Origin: Zootoca vivipara
Lineage: Eukaryota
Reading direction: 5' to 3'
Length of the DNA stretch: 64,000 bases
Assembly (NCBI RefSeq): GCF_963506605.1
Contig: NC_083276.1
Span: 70,990,001-71,054,000, forward strand
The notes beneath the pieces were generated by a model. The model searched no databases. It saw only the letters and a program-made list of their open reading frames with translations, and was not told the origin of the DNA. Below are positions 27,600 through 42,529 of the stretch, one piece after another. Positions within the stretch are counted from its first letter, which is position 1, and each line of letters starts with the position of its first letter. The translations under genes were made by a program, and so were the position numbers.

Positions 27600-29935
27600 C
27601 AGGCAGCTCTATGGTAATAGAATATTTGGACCTAGGGTTGAATTGAATAGCTTTATTGTTCTATGGCTCAGTATTTGAGCCACATAGCATATGACATCAA
27701 ATTGGGGGCAGCAGCGGGAGTGGGGAGAGAACACCAGTCTTTAAGATCCCAGAGGCTACTTCTGAATAGTTTCCCTATTTATTTATTTATTTTATTTTAT
27801 TACATTTATATCCCACCCTTTTCTCCAAGGAGCTCACACTCCTTTTCTATGCATTTATTGTGAACTGGGTGTATCTGACTTGATTCTATTTATTTAAACC
27901 ATTTATAGAGTTCCCTTCATTTAAAGAAGAAATCAGGGCAGTTCACAGTTGCTAACAAAAACATTTCCCTCCCTTCCCTCCAGCAGCAAACTGCGCTGGA
28001 TTGAAGTCATTTCTCTGAAGAAAAGGAGTCATTCTATTTGCAGAACTGAGGCCACATGCACATGACATTTTATTCTAGAATCAATGGAGACTTTTTTCTA
28101 CCTACTGTACCATAGTCCACACACAACCTAGATCTACTGCATATTGTTTGCCCTTTAAAAGCGTTTCTTGAGAAATTTGTTTTGTTCCAAAAATAAAAGC
28201 TCATTTCAGACTGAGTCTGCATTACCCCCCAGTTTGTCCATGTGAAAGCAGATGAAGGCAGTGGGGAGGATGTAGCCACACCTGTCCAATGACATTGGGT
28301 GGGCAATCACCACTTCCTTCCTCATTCACCTGGATTGGGCAAGGAGGTAAAGGTATGGATAACCTAATCAAGGGGAAGGTTTTAAATTTAGGTAGCAAGT
28401 TACCACACCCACCCTGGTAGATTGCAGGATCTAGAATCAATCTTGATTGAAAGCAGCACACTGTGTCACTGTAACCATTGTAGTAAATCACCATGTGCGG
28501 TGGAATTGGGAGACAATTTCAACAAGTGAAGAAGATTGACCAGAGCCCATGCAGAGGTTATTAACCTGCAGGGAACAGCACGTTAGGTTCAAAACTGAAA
28601 GCTCTTCAGTTCCTGAAGGAACAAAACTCACCCATCAAATAAGCAGGCTGACAGGAACAGTGTGCAAAAGGTTTTCACTAGATGAAATGCAATTTACGTC
28701 TTTTGTAATGGATTAAAAATCATTTAGTTACCCTGAGATAACACCTCTTAGTATTGTTAAGTGTAAATAAACAAATCATATCCTGAGATAAAAGAATCGT
28801 GTTTTTTAGAAGCCTTCCTCCCATTTATACATATGTTTAAATGTAAATATATTTCCAATGTAAAACAATCTTTCCTTCATAGATGGCTGTACTAGGAGCT
28901 AGTAAGGGCTGGAGAATCAGACCAGAATAAAATTACTAGTTGGTAATAAATGCTCTGCTTCTATAAGCACTTTGCAGCTTTTCTAAGCTCACTTATTTCA
29001 ATTGCTAATAATAATTCCACCCCCAAGAAGTAGTAAGATTAAAGGGGGGGAATCATAGTGAAAGCATTTTGTACCCCAGTAATAAAATGGAAGCTGTAAG
29101 CGTAACTCTATGTGATCAACAAGCCTGTGATTTGCCACGAGGCTGGAGAAAAATGGCCCCCGAGAACTCTAGAGCATTCAGTGCTGTAAGAACATGCTGC
29201 TTCAGGAAATCTGTGGGAGGATATTACTGTGTTTGTAAATGCCTGGCCTTTGTGCTGCTTCCATGGTTTCTTTTAGTTCAACTTTAATTTGCACTCTTTG
29301 AAAAGCTCTTTTCAGGACTCATTAATCTAGCCGCCTAGAAAGCTTTTCAGCCACCATATACTACTGCATACCCGGTTTGCCTGACTTTTAGAGCAACCAC
29401 AAATCTCACTGAAACCAATGGGAGCTTGCAGGCACCTCCTGTTTTCCTGACAAAGTGGCAACAGCCTTAAGTTTGTGTGTAGGAGCTTGGCCCACCGGGG
29501 AGTGTGTCATCCTTGATTACCCATGTGCAGCTTTGGCTACCTCCAACACATTTATTACCCGCTCACTGCCTGTCAAGAGTTGCACTTACAGGCCAGCGCA
29601 CCAGAGGTCTCTTGCCATGCATTTCTTTTATTGGACTGCCTTTTTTCTAACACCTACCCTTTGCCAAGTATTTATATGTCTAGACCTACTTCCACTTGCA
29701 TTTTGGGCCTCTGCAGTGGGGCAAACAGTATAAAAGCCACCTCCAATGACTAAGCAGCTCATTAAGGAGGCTCTTACAAAAGATGAAGCTCTCTGTTGAG
29801 GGAAAGGATGGCAGAGATGCATTGCTCCTGCTCATAAACTGCTATAGACACTTTCAGCTGAGAGGCAGGCCTTCCATATGCTGGAATTTTTACCTGGGTG
29901 CCAATTTGAGCGATAACTGAGGTAATTTGCAGCAT

Positions 29936-30103
29936 GGGTATGGCTCAGTGGAAATATATGTGCTTTGCATGAAAAAGACCCCAGGTCCAATTCCCAGGAT
30001 TTCTGGGTAGGCCTGGAAAAGATCCCCGTCTAAAACCCTAAAGAGATGATGCTGAACTCAGTGTGCGACTCAGCATAAGGCAGCTTCCTATGTTATTTCC
30101 TAT
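29936..30103 (+). mobile_element. tRNA-derived SINE (Squam3-like)
   Basis: GGCTCAGTGG..CTTTGCATG..CCCAGGTCCAATTCC head, aaggcagcttcctatgtt tail. Confidence 0.7.
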
Positions 30104-31429
30104 GACTGAGCTCATAGGGCTAAATTCCCACAACCAAACTGACAAGAGAAAGGGAGGAGGGTTAACCATTCAGTTGCTTCACTAGAAGCATGGCATGCAA
30201 CTCGCAATGCACACGTGAATTAAAATATAATCCAAGCTCCGCCATTGTTTCTTTTTAGGAACCAGACTAGCTGTATCTGCTGTCTCAGGTCAAATAGTAT
30301 ATTATACAATTATATACAATGGGAAATTAACATGCATAAAAGGAAATAGGATAATATATACCTACAGGCTTAGGACGATGGACTCTCCACAGCCAAACTT
30401 CAAGGGCAATGCAGAGATGAAATTATGGCCTGAAAGGATCAAGACTCCAAGCAGATTGGCCTCACCTCCCCGTTCTCAGTTTAAGATGTTATCCTTGCTT
30501 TAGAGCAGAGTGAGGAATCGGTGGTTATCTGCCTGAACACATGCCTTTATGCTGGTACCATTAAGTATATTTTCTTAAGAATGGTGAAGAAGCGATTCTG
30601 TAGTTTCAGAGGATTCCGGAAGTAAAGCAGGGCCCCTCAAATTTCAAGCCCCAGAAAGGGCTGTCTTGAGGCAGCATGCTCAGCAGCTGAAAATCCATGT
30701 CATCTCTTTCCTAGTACTGTGCTCTGTCAGTGGAAACAGATGCTACCTTGTGGTGATATCTCTTTAAGAGGCTTGTTGTGTTTTGGAGGGAAACCCTCTG
30801 GGAGGTTTATGTAAGAGGGTGAAGCCTCATTTGGACAATCAGGTGGGAATTGTGTATGAGCCAGCTAGTGCAGGATAGGATCATTAAGGAGCAAATACTA
30901 AACCTAGCTTGTGGTCATAAAATAAACACAACAACATTAAACTGAATAAATTTGATCTGACATCTGTCTTTACCTGTGTGTCTGAGAGAACTCCTAAATA
31001 GTCACATGTTCAAGAACAAATGTGCATGGTGGCTGAGGTAAAGATTAGCTCTCAGCTTATTACTAAAGGTATTACTGATTACAGCCACTAGCCATCATGA
31101 AATACCTCAGCTCTTATTGGGAGTGGGGGGAACAAAAGTCGAACTGCCCTTTCTTTATGCCGAAAGCACACAGTGGCTGCAGCCAGATGCAGCTGGGTTG
31201 CTTGAAAAGTGTAGTTTTTCATTAAGGTCTTTGGAGCTTATTGCAGGGGACAGAAGCATCTATCATGTGTGATCGATCTGTTAGGCTTCCTGCCTGATCC
31301 GAGTGGAAGTAAAGTGCAACCTCACCTCTTTTTAGCTATTAAGCTTGGGAGTCTTGAGATGACTAACACATAGTTACAGCCAGTGCAGGATTGATGATTT
31401 CTAGAGGTGGGAGAGTTAAAATATAGAGG

Positions 31430-31644
31430 GCGAGTGTGATTCAGTGGTTAGAGCTGTGATGACAACATGAATTGGGAGAAACAGGTTCAAATTACAACTC
31501 AGCTGTGTGAACTTCACAAAATGATCTTGGCCTAGTAGTCCCTATCTGTCTCAGCCTAGTTTACCTCACAGGGTTGTTGTGGTGGGCAGGAGAGAAGAAT
31601 CATGTATGCTGTTGTGATCTCTTTGGAGTAAGGATGGGATAAAA
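31430..31644 (+). mobile_element. Old MIR/CORE-like SINE
   Basis: cagtggttagagc head, ggttcaaat B-box, ctcagcct..acctcacagggttgttgtg core; a reverse relative lies at about 34070-34192. Confidence 0.6.
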
Positions 31645-31847
31645 GTCTCTTGCAGACGGGGCTTTATATTTTTGTGCTGTTTAGCAGGGCATGAATGGGA
31701 GACACGCAGTCATATACACAACACTTGTTAATAGGCAAAGCAGCTTGAAGTGCAGCTGCCAAGGATCCTATGCAACATTTATAGTATGGTAGTTAGCCTG
31801 GTTTTCTATGTTCATATTTAAAAACCTGCTCCTTATGAGAAATATTA

Positions 31848-31961
31848 TGTTCTCCAGACTGGTGGCCTCCAAATGTTTTGGACTACAAGCACAGTGGCGC
31901 TGGCTGTGGCTGATGGGAGTTGTAGTCCAAAACATCTGGAGGGCACAGGATTGGGGAAGGT
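31848..31961. mobile_element. Older URR1-like hAT MITE
   Basis: ctccaaatgttttggactacaa ... ttgtagtccaaaacatctggag inverted pair. Confidence 0.7.
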
Positions 31962-34934
31962 GGTGTTTGTTGAAAGTGCAACATCTGGGATCATTCTGTT
32001 TGTAACTTATGCAGTTAATTCTGTTTTCTGTGTTAGTCAACTACCCATGGGGAGGTGTTGCTTAGCAACTGGTCAGAGTGGCATATCTCTGGTGAGGTGG
32101 TGCCCGCTCTTATTGGCTGCATAGGTCTGAGAGGTGGATCTTAAGTTGCACTGTACATTAACTCTGTTCTCAGCAAGACCTGACCTAAGGAGAACAAAAC
32201 CTCTTTTGCTTCTTTCTCCTCAAGCTGTATACCATTCCTCTCATTAACCTGTTTCTCTTTGGACTCCTTGTGTTATTTAAGTGACTTTGCTATTCCTGTT
32301 CATTTTTCTAAGTGGAGCCCTGGGCTATAAGTAGTGCCACTGGGGCTACTTATAGCTCTCCCCTCCGCCTTGCATCTGAAGATCTAAAGATGTAGCGATG
32401 TGGGGGAAAACACACTAAATAACATAAGCCTGCTATTGATTACAAGTTGTTTTCCAGCCTTGTGAGTTGCAAAACACCACCTTACATTTCACACATTACA
32501 CTGAACACAAGTAAATCTGTCACTACACATTTTGTGTGAAGCTGCACACTTGCTCATTTATAATGATCTCAACTATGGTTGTACACAGACTGTACATGCA
32601 TTGAACATTACAGGTGAATAACTGCAGCTCAGCTGTTTGTAGACACAGGTACAGACATTGCACATTTGATGAATGTAATGTGTGTTTTACTATAAAGAAT
32701 GAAAATGCCTTAGCCAGATTGTTTTTTAAAAAACCTGAAATAAAAATCCTGAAACCAGCATTCCTTGTGAAACAACTGTCCCCAGTTCACCAGAAGATAC
32801 ACTTGCTGTAGCAAGCTTTTAGTAGTGTATTATATTAATGTAGTCAGAGCAATTCTAAAGCTTTGTTCAGCAACACAGCACAAATAAAACCAGCACTTCA
32901 GATTAGTTTTAAAAGAAAAACCAGCTGCAGGTTTGCCATTGAAGTCTGGTGTTTTGCCATTTTGAGTAAGCACAAGGACTTTGATCTGGCAAAAAAAAAA
33001 CCCCACAAAAAACCATGCAGTGCTTTCTGAATACTTTTCTTGGCAGCTTAAGGAGGTAGCATTGGCTGCAGAAGAAAAGCTGATCACATGATCTGCATTC
33101 TAAAATGTTGCCAGGCCAGTGTCAACATACTGTACAACACTGCTGGGAGCATAGGGACCTCTGCTGATACTTCACAGCAACAGCTGCTTATGGGCTCTGC
33201 TTAACAATGCAGTAATCTTGCTTTGCCCCTCTGCCTGCAGTATTTTTGATTATTGTGTGCACAAACATGGAATCAAAAGCTTGACTGTGTTATTGCCTTT
33301 CATATTAACTCCAAAAGCTCTTCTCCAAAGTGCAGTATTTTGAGGACTCCAGTCTAGATCCAATTCCCCACCCCACCCTCTTTAGAGAGCTGAGTTAATA
33401 TGAAACATTGGGCTTGAATTAAATGTATCTCTGGAATCTTGTCCTAGTTTGTAAAATATGAATATTAGAATCTACTCAAAACTAAGCACCAACAAATTTA
33501 TTGTGAAAAATTTAAGCACATACTCAACTTTTCTACAGAAATCTCTGGTGGTATGTCTGTTATATGTCATTTTCAAGGCACAAGAAGTTGAAGAGTTTCC
33601 TAAGGGATTGTTATTACTGAAATTACATCTCCTTGAAATTAGTAAAAAAAAGGCTACCTCTTTTACAGGGTAACATTTACAAGTAGTTCTTTCTTCTGGG
33701 GGATGAAGCCTAAAACCTGATTTACTATTGGAAGTACATAATTAATAATTTTCTTCAGGGCAGGATATTTTAGGAGCAAGATAAATCATATGCTTTACAC
33801 ACAAAAGGTCTGAGAATGGATTCCTTCTGGTGCCAGTCAGTGTAATATACAGTAGTATAAGGCAGCTGTGTTCCTTAAAATAGCTAATTTGCAACAGTTA
33901 AAGCCTTTTGTGCATCTATCCACATACTATTTGTTGGTAGTTGTTGAAGGGTAGCAGTATAAGTTAAAAAATGGCATGGTGAATTGATTCACTTCGGGAA
34001 TAGCTTATTAGACCATCCCGTGTTATATACACTCTTTCTTTCAGGAATTTAAAGGCGTTATTCGTCCTTCCCCCCATTTTATCCTCCCAACAACTCTAAT
34101 GGTAAGTTAGGTTGAATCAATGGCCTATGGTTACCTTAGCCAGTGAGCTTCATGGCTGGTCTCCCCAGTCCTATTCAAACTCTTAACCACTGTGTTTGTA
34201 TTGTAGCAAGATCAAAACTTTCCATTCTTTGATAATACTTTTATATTTTAACACTGCAGTTCTAGAGTCTACACAGAATAATCCCTGCCTACCCCACTGT
34301 GCTTCTGCTGCTCAGACGCCATCATTATGCCTCATAAAGCTAACAGAAAGCTTTAGAGGAAAAATGAAATCCCTGCCGGAGGGCTGGATTAGTGTAGTAG
34401 GCTCTTATGCTATGCTTACCCACAGAGTAATATTCTTCCCAAACACATGTCAGATTCTGCTTATTGTGAATGGAAATTCAAGCATTCTGTTACTCTGCAG
34501 AAAACACTTCAAAAATAGAAAACCAATGCAAACTATATGGCTTTAACTCCAATAGTTTTTATTTCCCCTGGCCCCTCTCTTGAAGAACTCAAAATGTTTG
34601 ACACTCTGGAAGCTCTCAGAACCTGTCTGTTTGGATCCAGTGTTCTTGAAAGATGTTTGTGTAATGTTGCATCCTTTTGCAGTGCCATGCAAAAACATTC
34701 CAGAACCAGCAAACAGCAGAGGTGCATACGTATATTTTGTGTGTTGCTTAACTAGGTGTCTTAAATAAAGCTTGTATCATTTGCTGCCTAATAGGGAAGC
34801 CCTCATTCAAAGTTAAAGATGATTCGTGTTGCCCTACAAAATCAAGCCATACAAAACACCTTTCAGCCCGAAGTAGCCATTTTTTCCAACTACTGAAATA
34901 TTTTGTTAAAATGGCCTCTTATAACATACTGGGT

Positions 34935-35068
34935 CATAGACTTGAAGAGTTGGAAGGGACCTAGTCCAAGCCCCTGCAATGCAGGAATACTGCCCACAGT
35001 TGTCTCTGGGTGGGATTGAACCACCAACTTTCTGGTTAACAAGCAGACACACTGTGCCACCTGAGGTG
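34935..35068 (-). mobile_element. tRNA-derived SINE fragment with CR1-like tail
   Basis: Minus strand GTTGGTGGTTCAATCCCACC B-box, cctgcattgcagggg, ccttccaactc tail. Confidence 0.6.
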
Positions 35069-35793
35069 CTGTCCTGGTGTGATTTACAATAATGCATCAG
35101 CAGCTGTGACTTCTTCTTCTTTCCCCTTTAGCCTGCAGTGTCTGCTCCAGAGGGTCCCCCCAACCCCTCTGCTGGTAGATTTCTAGGGTGTATGGAGAGA
35201 AAAGGAAAATTCCAATGCACAAATGGAAGCCTGTTGCACAAGGGGGATGACACCAATGGGTGCCATTCACTGTTAAGACTGGTTATACGTCAGTGAACAA
35301 GAAGTGAATTATATTCTCATCAGTTTAAGGAAAACTGCACAACCTTTGGAAATAGGCAACTGCAAGAAGTAACCATTATTGGTTGTTTTTACACTCAAGT
35401 CTCAAAATTTCATTACTATTCAATTTGCAAATGGAATACTCATCTTTAACGGGACAAGCTCATATCTAGAATGAAATATATTGTCAACAGTTGGATCCTT
35501 CATTATAATCCTATACAGTAGCAGATGGTGAAATGGAAGTCACTGCTGCTTACCAAAACACAAGGGCATGGCAGGGAGAACAGCATGGTGGAAATGCACC
35601 ACTACCAGCAGCATCACCACCACCTTTCTTTTCTCAGTAAGCTGCAGCAACTCATCTGCCAGGAGGTAAGGTAAGCACCTCCGCCCCCATCCCACAACCT
35701 GCTATTGGCTTAAAATTCATGTAAATTAATTTGCACCACAAAAGCCATTTTACATTAAGAAATCTTTACAAATCTGGTGGAAAAAAACAGATT

Positions 35794-35799
35794 TTTATT
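35794..35799 (-). terminator. RPS13 polyadenylation signal AATAAA
   Basis: First canonical AATAAA after the stop (about 130 nt), followed by T/GT-rich sequence. Confidence 0.7.
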
Positions 35800-35928
35800 G
35801 GCATGGTCACGATAACACCTTATTCCACCGATTTTAAATAAGACAGCTCTACGGCATCCTTCTCTGAAGAGGCATTGCACGGGACACAAAAAATGACCAA
35901 TGTGATCCCTTGGTGAACAGAACAGGTC

Positions 35929-40210
<4,282 letters not shown>

Positions 40211-40632
40211 GATGGCGGCGGCGGCGGCGAAAAGGAAGAGGAAAGCGAGGCGGTCGCGCAGATCTACACGTTCCTGCAGTCGGAAGTGATGTCAGCGCGT
40301 TCGGCTGCCGCCGCCGCCGCCGTTCTCGGGTTTCCTGTTTTGTTTGGAGAAATGCTTTTTTGCTTCGCTAGAGCCATAGAGGTCGCTGCAAACTAGAGGG
40401 GCAGCGCAGCCGGTCTTTTTTGCACTCACGGGGAGGGAGCCGGAGGCGCGGGGCGCTGAGTGGTGGGCGCGGCGGGAAGGGGCTTTTTCAGCGCCAGTGG
40501 CCATAAAAGCCTTAGTGGATCCCAACAAGGGTTGACTACACACCTCGGTGACGAAAGGCTTCGGTAGAGAACAGCAGGCGACCCTCCGGATGCCATTCAA
40601 AAAAACTGACATAAAGCGTTACAATCGCTGTA

Positions 40633-40843
40633 CAGTGGTACCTCGGTTTATGAACACAATTGGTTCCGGAAGTCTGTTCATAAACTGAAGCGTTCATAAA
40701 CTGAAGCGAACTTTCCCATTGAAAGTAATGGAAAGTGAATTAATCCGTTCCAGACGGTCCGCGGAGTAAGCGTTCATAAACTGAAGCAAACTTTCCCATT
40801 GAAAGTAATGGAAAGTGGATTAATCCGAAAGTGGATTAATCCG
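40633..40843. mobile_element. Tigger-like MITE fragment (same family as 1707-2133) at the edge of the RPS13 promoter
   Basis: TA-CAGTGGTACCTC left TIR, same internal module, right end missing and followed by (AC)n. Confidence 0.8.
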
Positions 40844-41117
40844 TACACACACACACACACACAGTGGGAAAACGTCACCTGAGGAAACGAGTGCTCTGTA
40901 TATTATGAACCCACGTTTTAATAAGAACCTCCACCTCCATCTGAAATATGAAGATAGTAAAACAGTAACTGAGTTCCATGTGTAGAGTTGTAATAGAAGG
41001 GACTACCATGCACAGTATTTTTCATTGAATTGTAAAATTGGAACCCCTAGCCCAACCTCCTGCAATGCAGGGTTCTATTTACCCAACACAGGGCTTGAGC
41101 CAACAACTCAAGATTAA

Positions 41118-41222
41118 TCTCTGTTTCAGTGTATCTGACGAAGTGTGCATGCACACGAAAGCTCATACCAAAATAAAAACTTAGTTGGTCTTTAAGGTGC
41201 TACTGAAGGAATTTTTTTATTT
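41118..41222 (+). mobile_element. Penelope-like retroelement fragment inserted into a tRNA-derived SINE
   Basis: 105-bp insert flanked by aactcaagattaa / aacccaagattaa (13-bp duplication, 1 mismatch); hammerhead followed by ttagttggtctttaaggtgctac, as I recall for reptile PLE ends. Confidence 0.7.
41131..41168 (+). ncRNA. Minimal type I hammerhead ribozyme motif (Penelope-associated type)
   Basis: GTAT-CTGACGA-A-GTGTG(CATG)CACAC-GAAA-GC-TC^-ATAC: core boxes, helix I, helix II and palindromic AGCT helix III. Confidence 0.8.
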
Positions 41223-41425
41223 AACCCAAGATTAAGAATCTCATGCTCTACTGCGTGTGTATCTTTTCTTTTAAAAATAAACTTTCATCTAAAGGTGTTG
41301 AGTTCTGGATGTGCTGGGCCATGTCTGTTGTTACAGGAAATGTTTTCAGCAATACCGGTAACTAATCCATAATATTTAACATGCAAACTATCTGCTTCTC
41401 CAGTCAATCACTATATTTGACATTA

Positions 41426-41770
41426 AAAGGTAAAGGGACCCCTGACCATTAGGTCCAGTCGTGACCGACTCTGGGGTTGCGCGCTCATCTCGCATTATTG
41501 GCCGAGGGAGCCGGCGTATAGCTTCCAGGTCATGTGGCCAGCATGACAAAGCCGCTTCTGGCAAACCAGAGCAGCACATGGAAACGCCGTTTACCTTCCC
41601 GCTGTAGCGGTTCCTATTTATCTACTTGCATTTTGACGTGCTTTCGAACTGCTAGGTTGGCAGGAGCTGGGACCAAGCAACGGGAGCTCACCCCGTCACA
41701 GGGATTCGAACCGCCGACCTTCTGATCAGCAAGCCCTAGGCTCAGTGGTTTAACCACAGCGCCACCTGGG
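41426..41770 (-). mobile_element. Sauria SINE (young)
   Basis: Near-identical to the 9273 and 24846 copies; TSD ttgacatta. Confidence 0.92.
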
Positions 41771-42529
41771 TTGACATTACAAGGAGGCAAATTCTAGCGA
41801 ATGGCAGCTGTTAATGCTTGATAGAAGTGAGCATGTTCAAGTGATGTACTTTTGACATGAAACTGTTTTTCTTGACTATTTCCCTTTCCTGCAGAAAGTA
41901 GCTATACTTTTACAACCAATTAGGAAGTAAAAGCAGTGAGTGAAGATGCTGTTCAGCAGAAAACAGCACAAAGAAAAAAGGATAGGAAGCCTCTTCCACA
42001 TCCAATTTCAGCCCAACAGCATGGTTTTAAATAAAACCCCAAGCACTCAAAGAACTGCCATCAGTTTTGCAAACCCAGCCAACATACAGTACTGTGTGAA
42101 TCACAGAGAGTATTTGCTTTGTGTGCTGTTGCCACAAGTCAACCAGGTGTCGTGAAATAAAGACAATAGTAATTTTTAAAATGTGACCAAATGCTTTCCT
42201 ACATTTTCTGCAGAAAAGGAAAATATAGCAGCTCTGCACTCTTTAAGCTGATGAAATTTTGAAGGTGCCCTCAGACTTATTTGAGCTGTAGAACCACCAA
42301 CTCCAAAAAATGCAGTGGCTTTGAGTTTTGCACTTCAAACCACACAAGTAGTAGCCAAACAGATAGAAATTTGCTAATTGCAAACAGAGAATTTAGGCTT
42401 TGTTAAGTGAATGGGCAATAGTAAAAATCTATTACAAGGCGCCTACATTATTTTTGTAGCTTGTGTTTGTTTTTCTACTTCCCCATGCACACATACAATA
42501 GTGTTTGTAGAAAAAGAGGCAATACATTA

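Larger units (their letters stand above)
41025..41253 (-). mobile_element. tRNA-Lys-derived SINE with CR1-like tail (interrupted by the PLE fragment)
   Basis: Minus strand CAGTAGAGCATGAGATTCTTAATCTTG...GGCTCAAGCCC..TGTTGGG resembles tRNA-Lys(CTT); followed by cctgcattgcagg body. Confidence 0.7.

Noticed and set aside
30749-31006. Possible solo LTR (TG...CA with AATAAA)
   Set aside because: No target-site duplication and no second copy in the window
1-35700. PLEKHA7 5' exons expected downstream of RPS13 by recalled synteny; many 60-170 aa ORFs
   Set aside because: No WW-domain or other recognisable coding exon found; ORFs overlap TEs or microsatellites or lack protein-like features
41080-41253. 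tRNA-Lys-like sequence
   Set aside because: Diverged, interrupted and joined to a SINE body; not a tRNA gene
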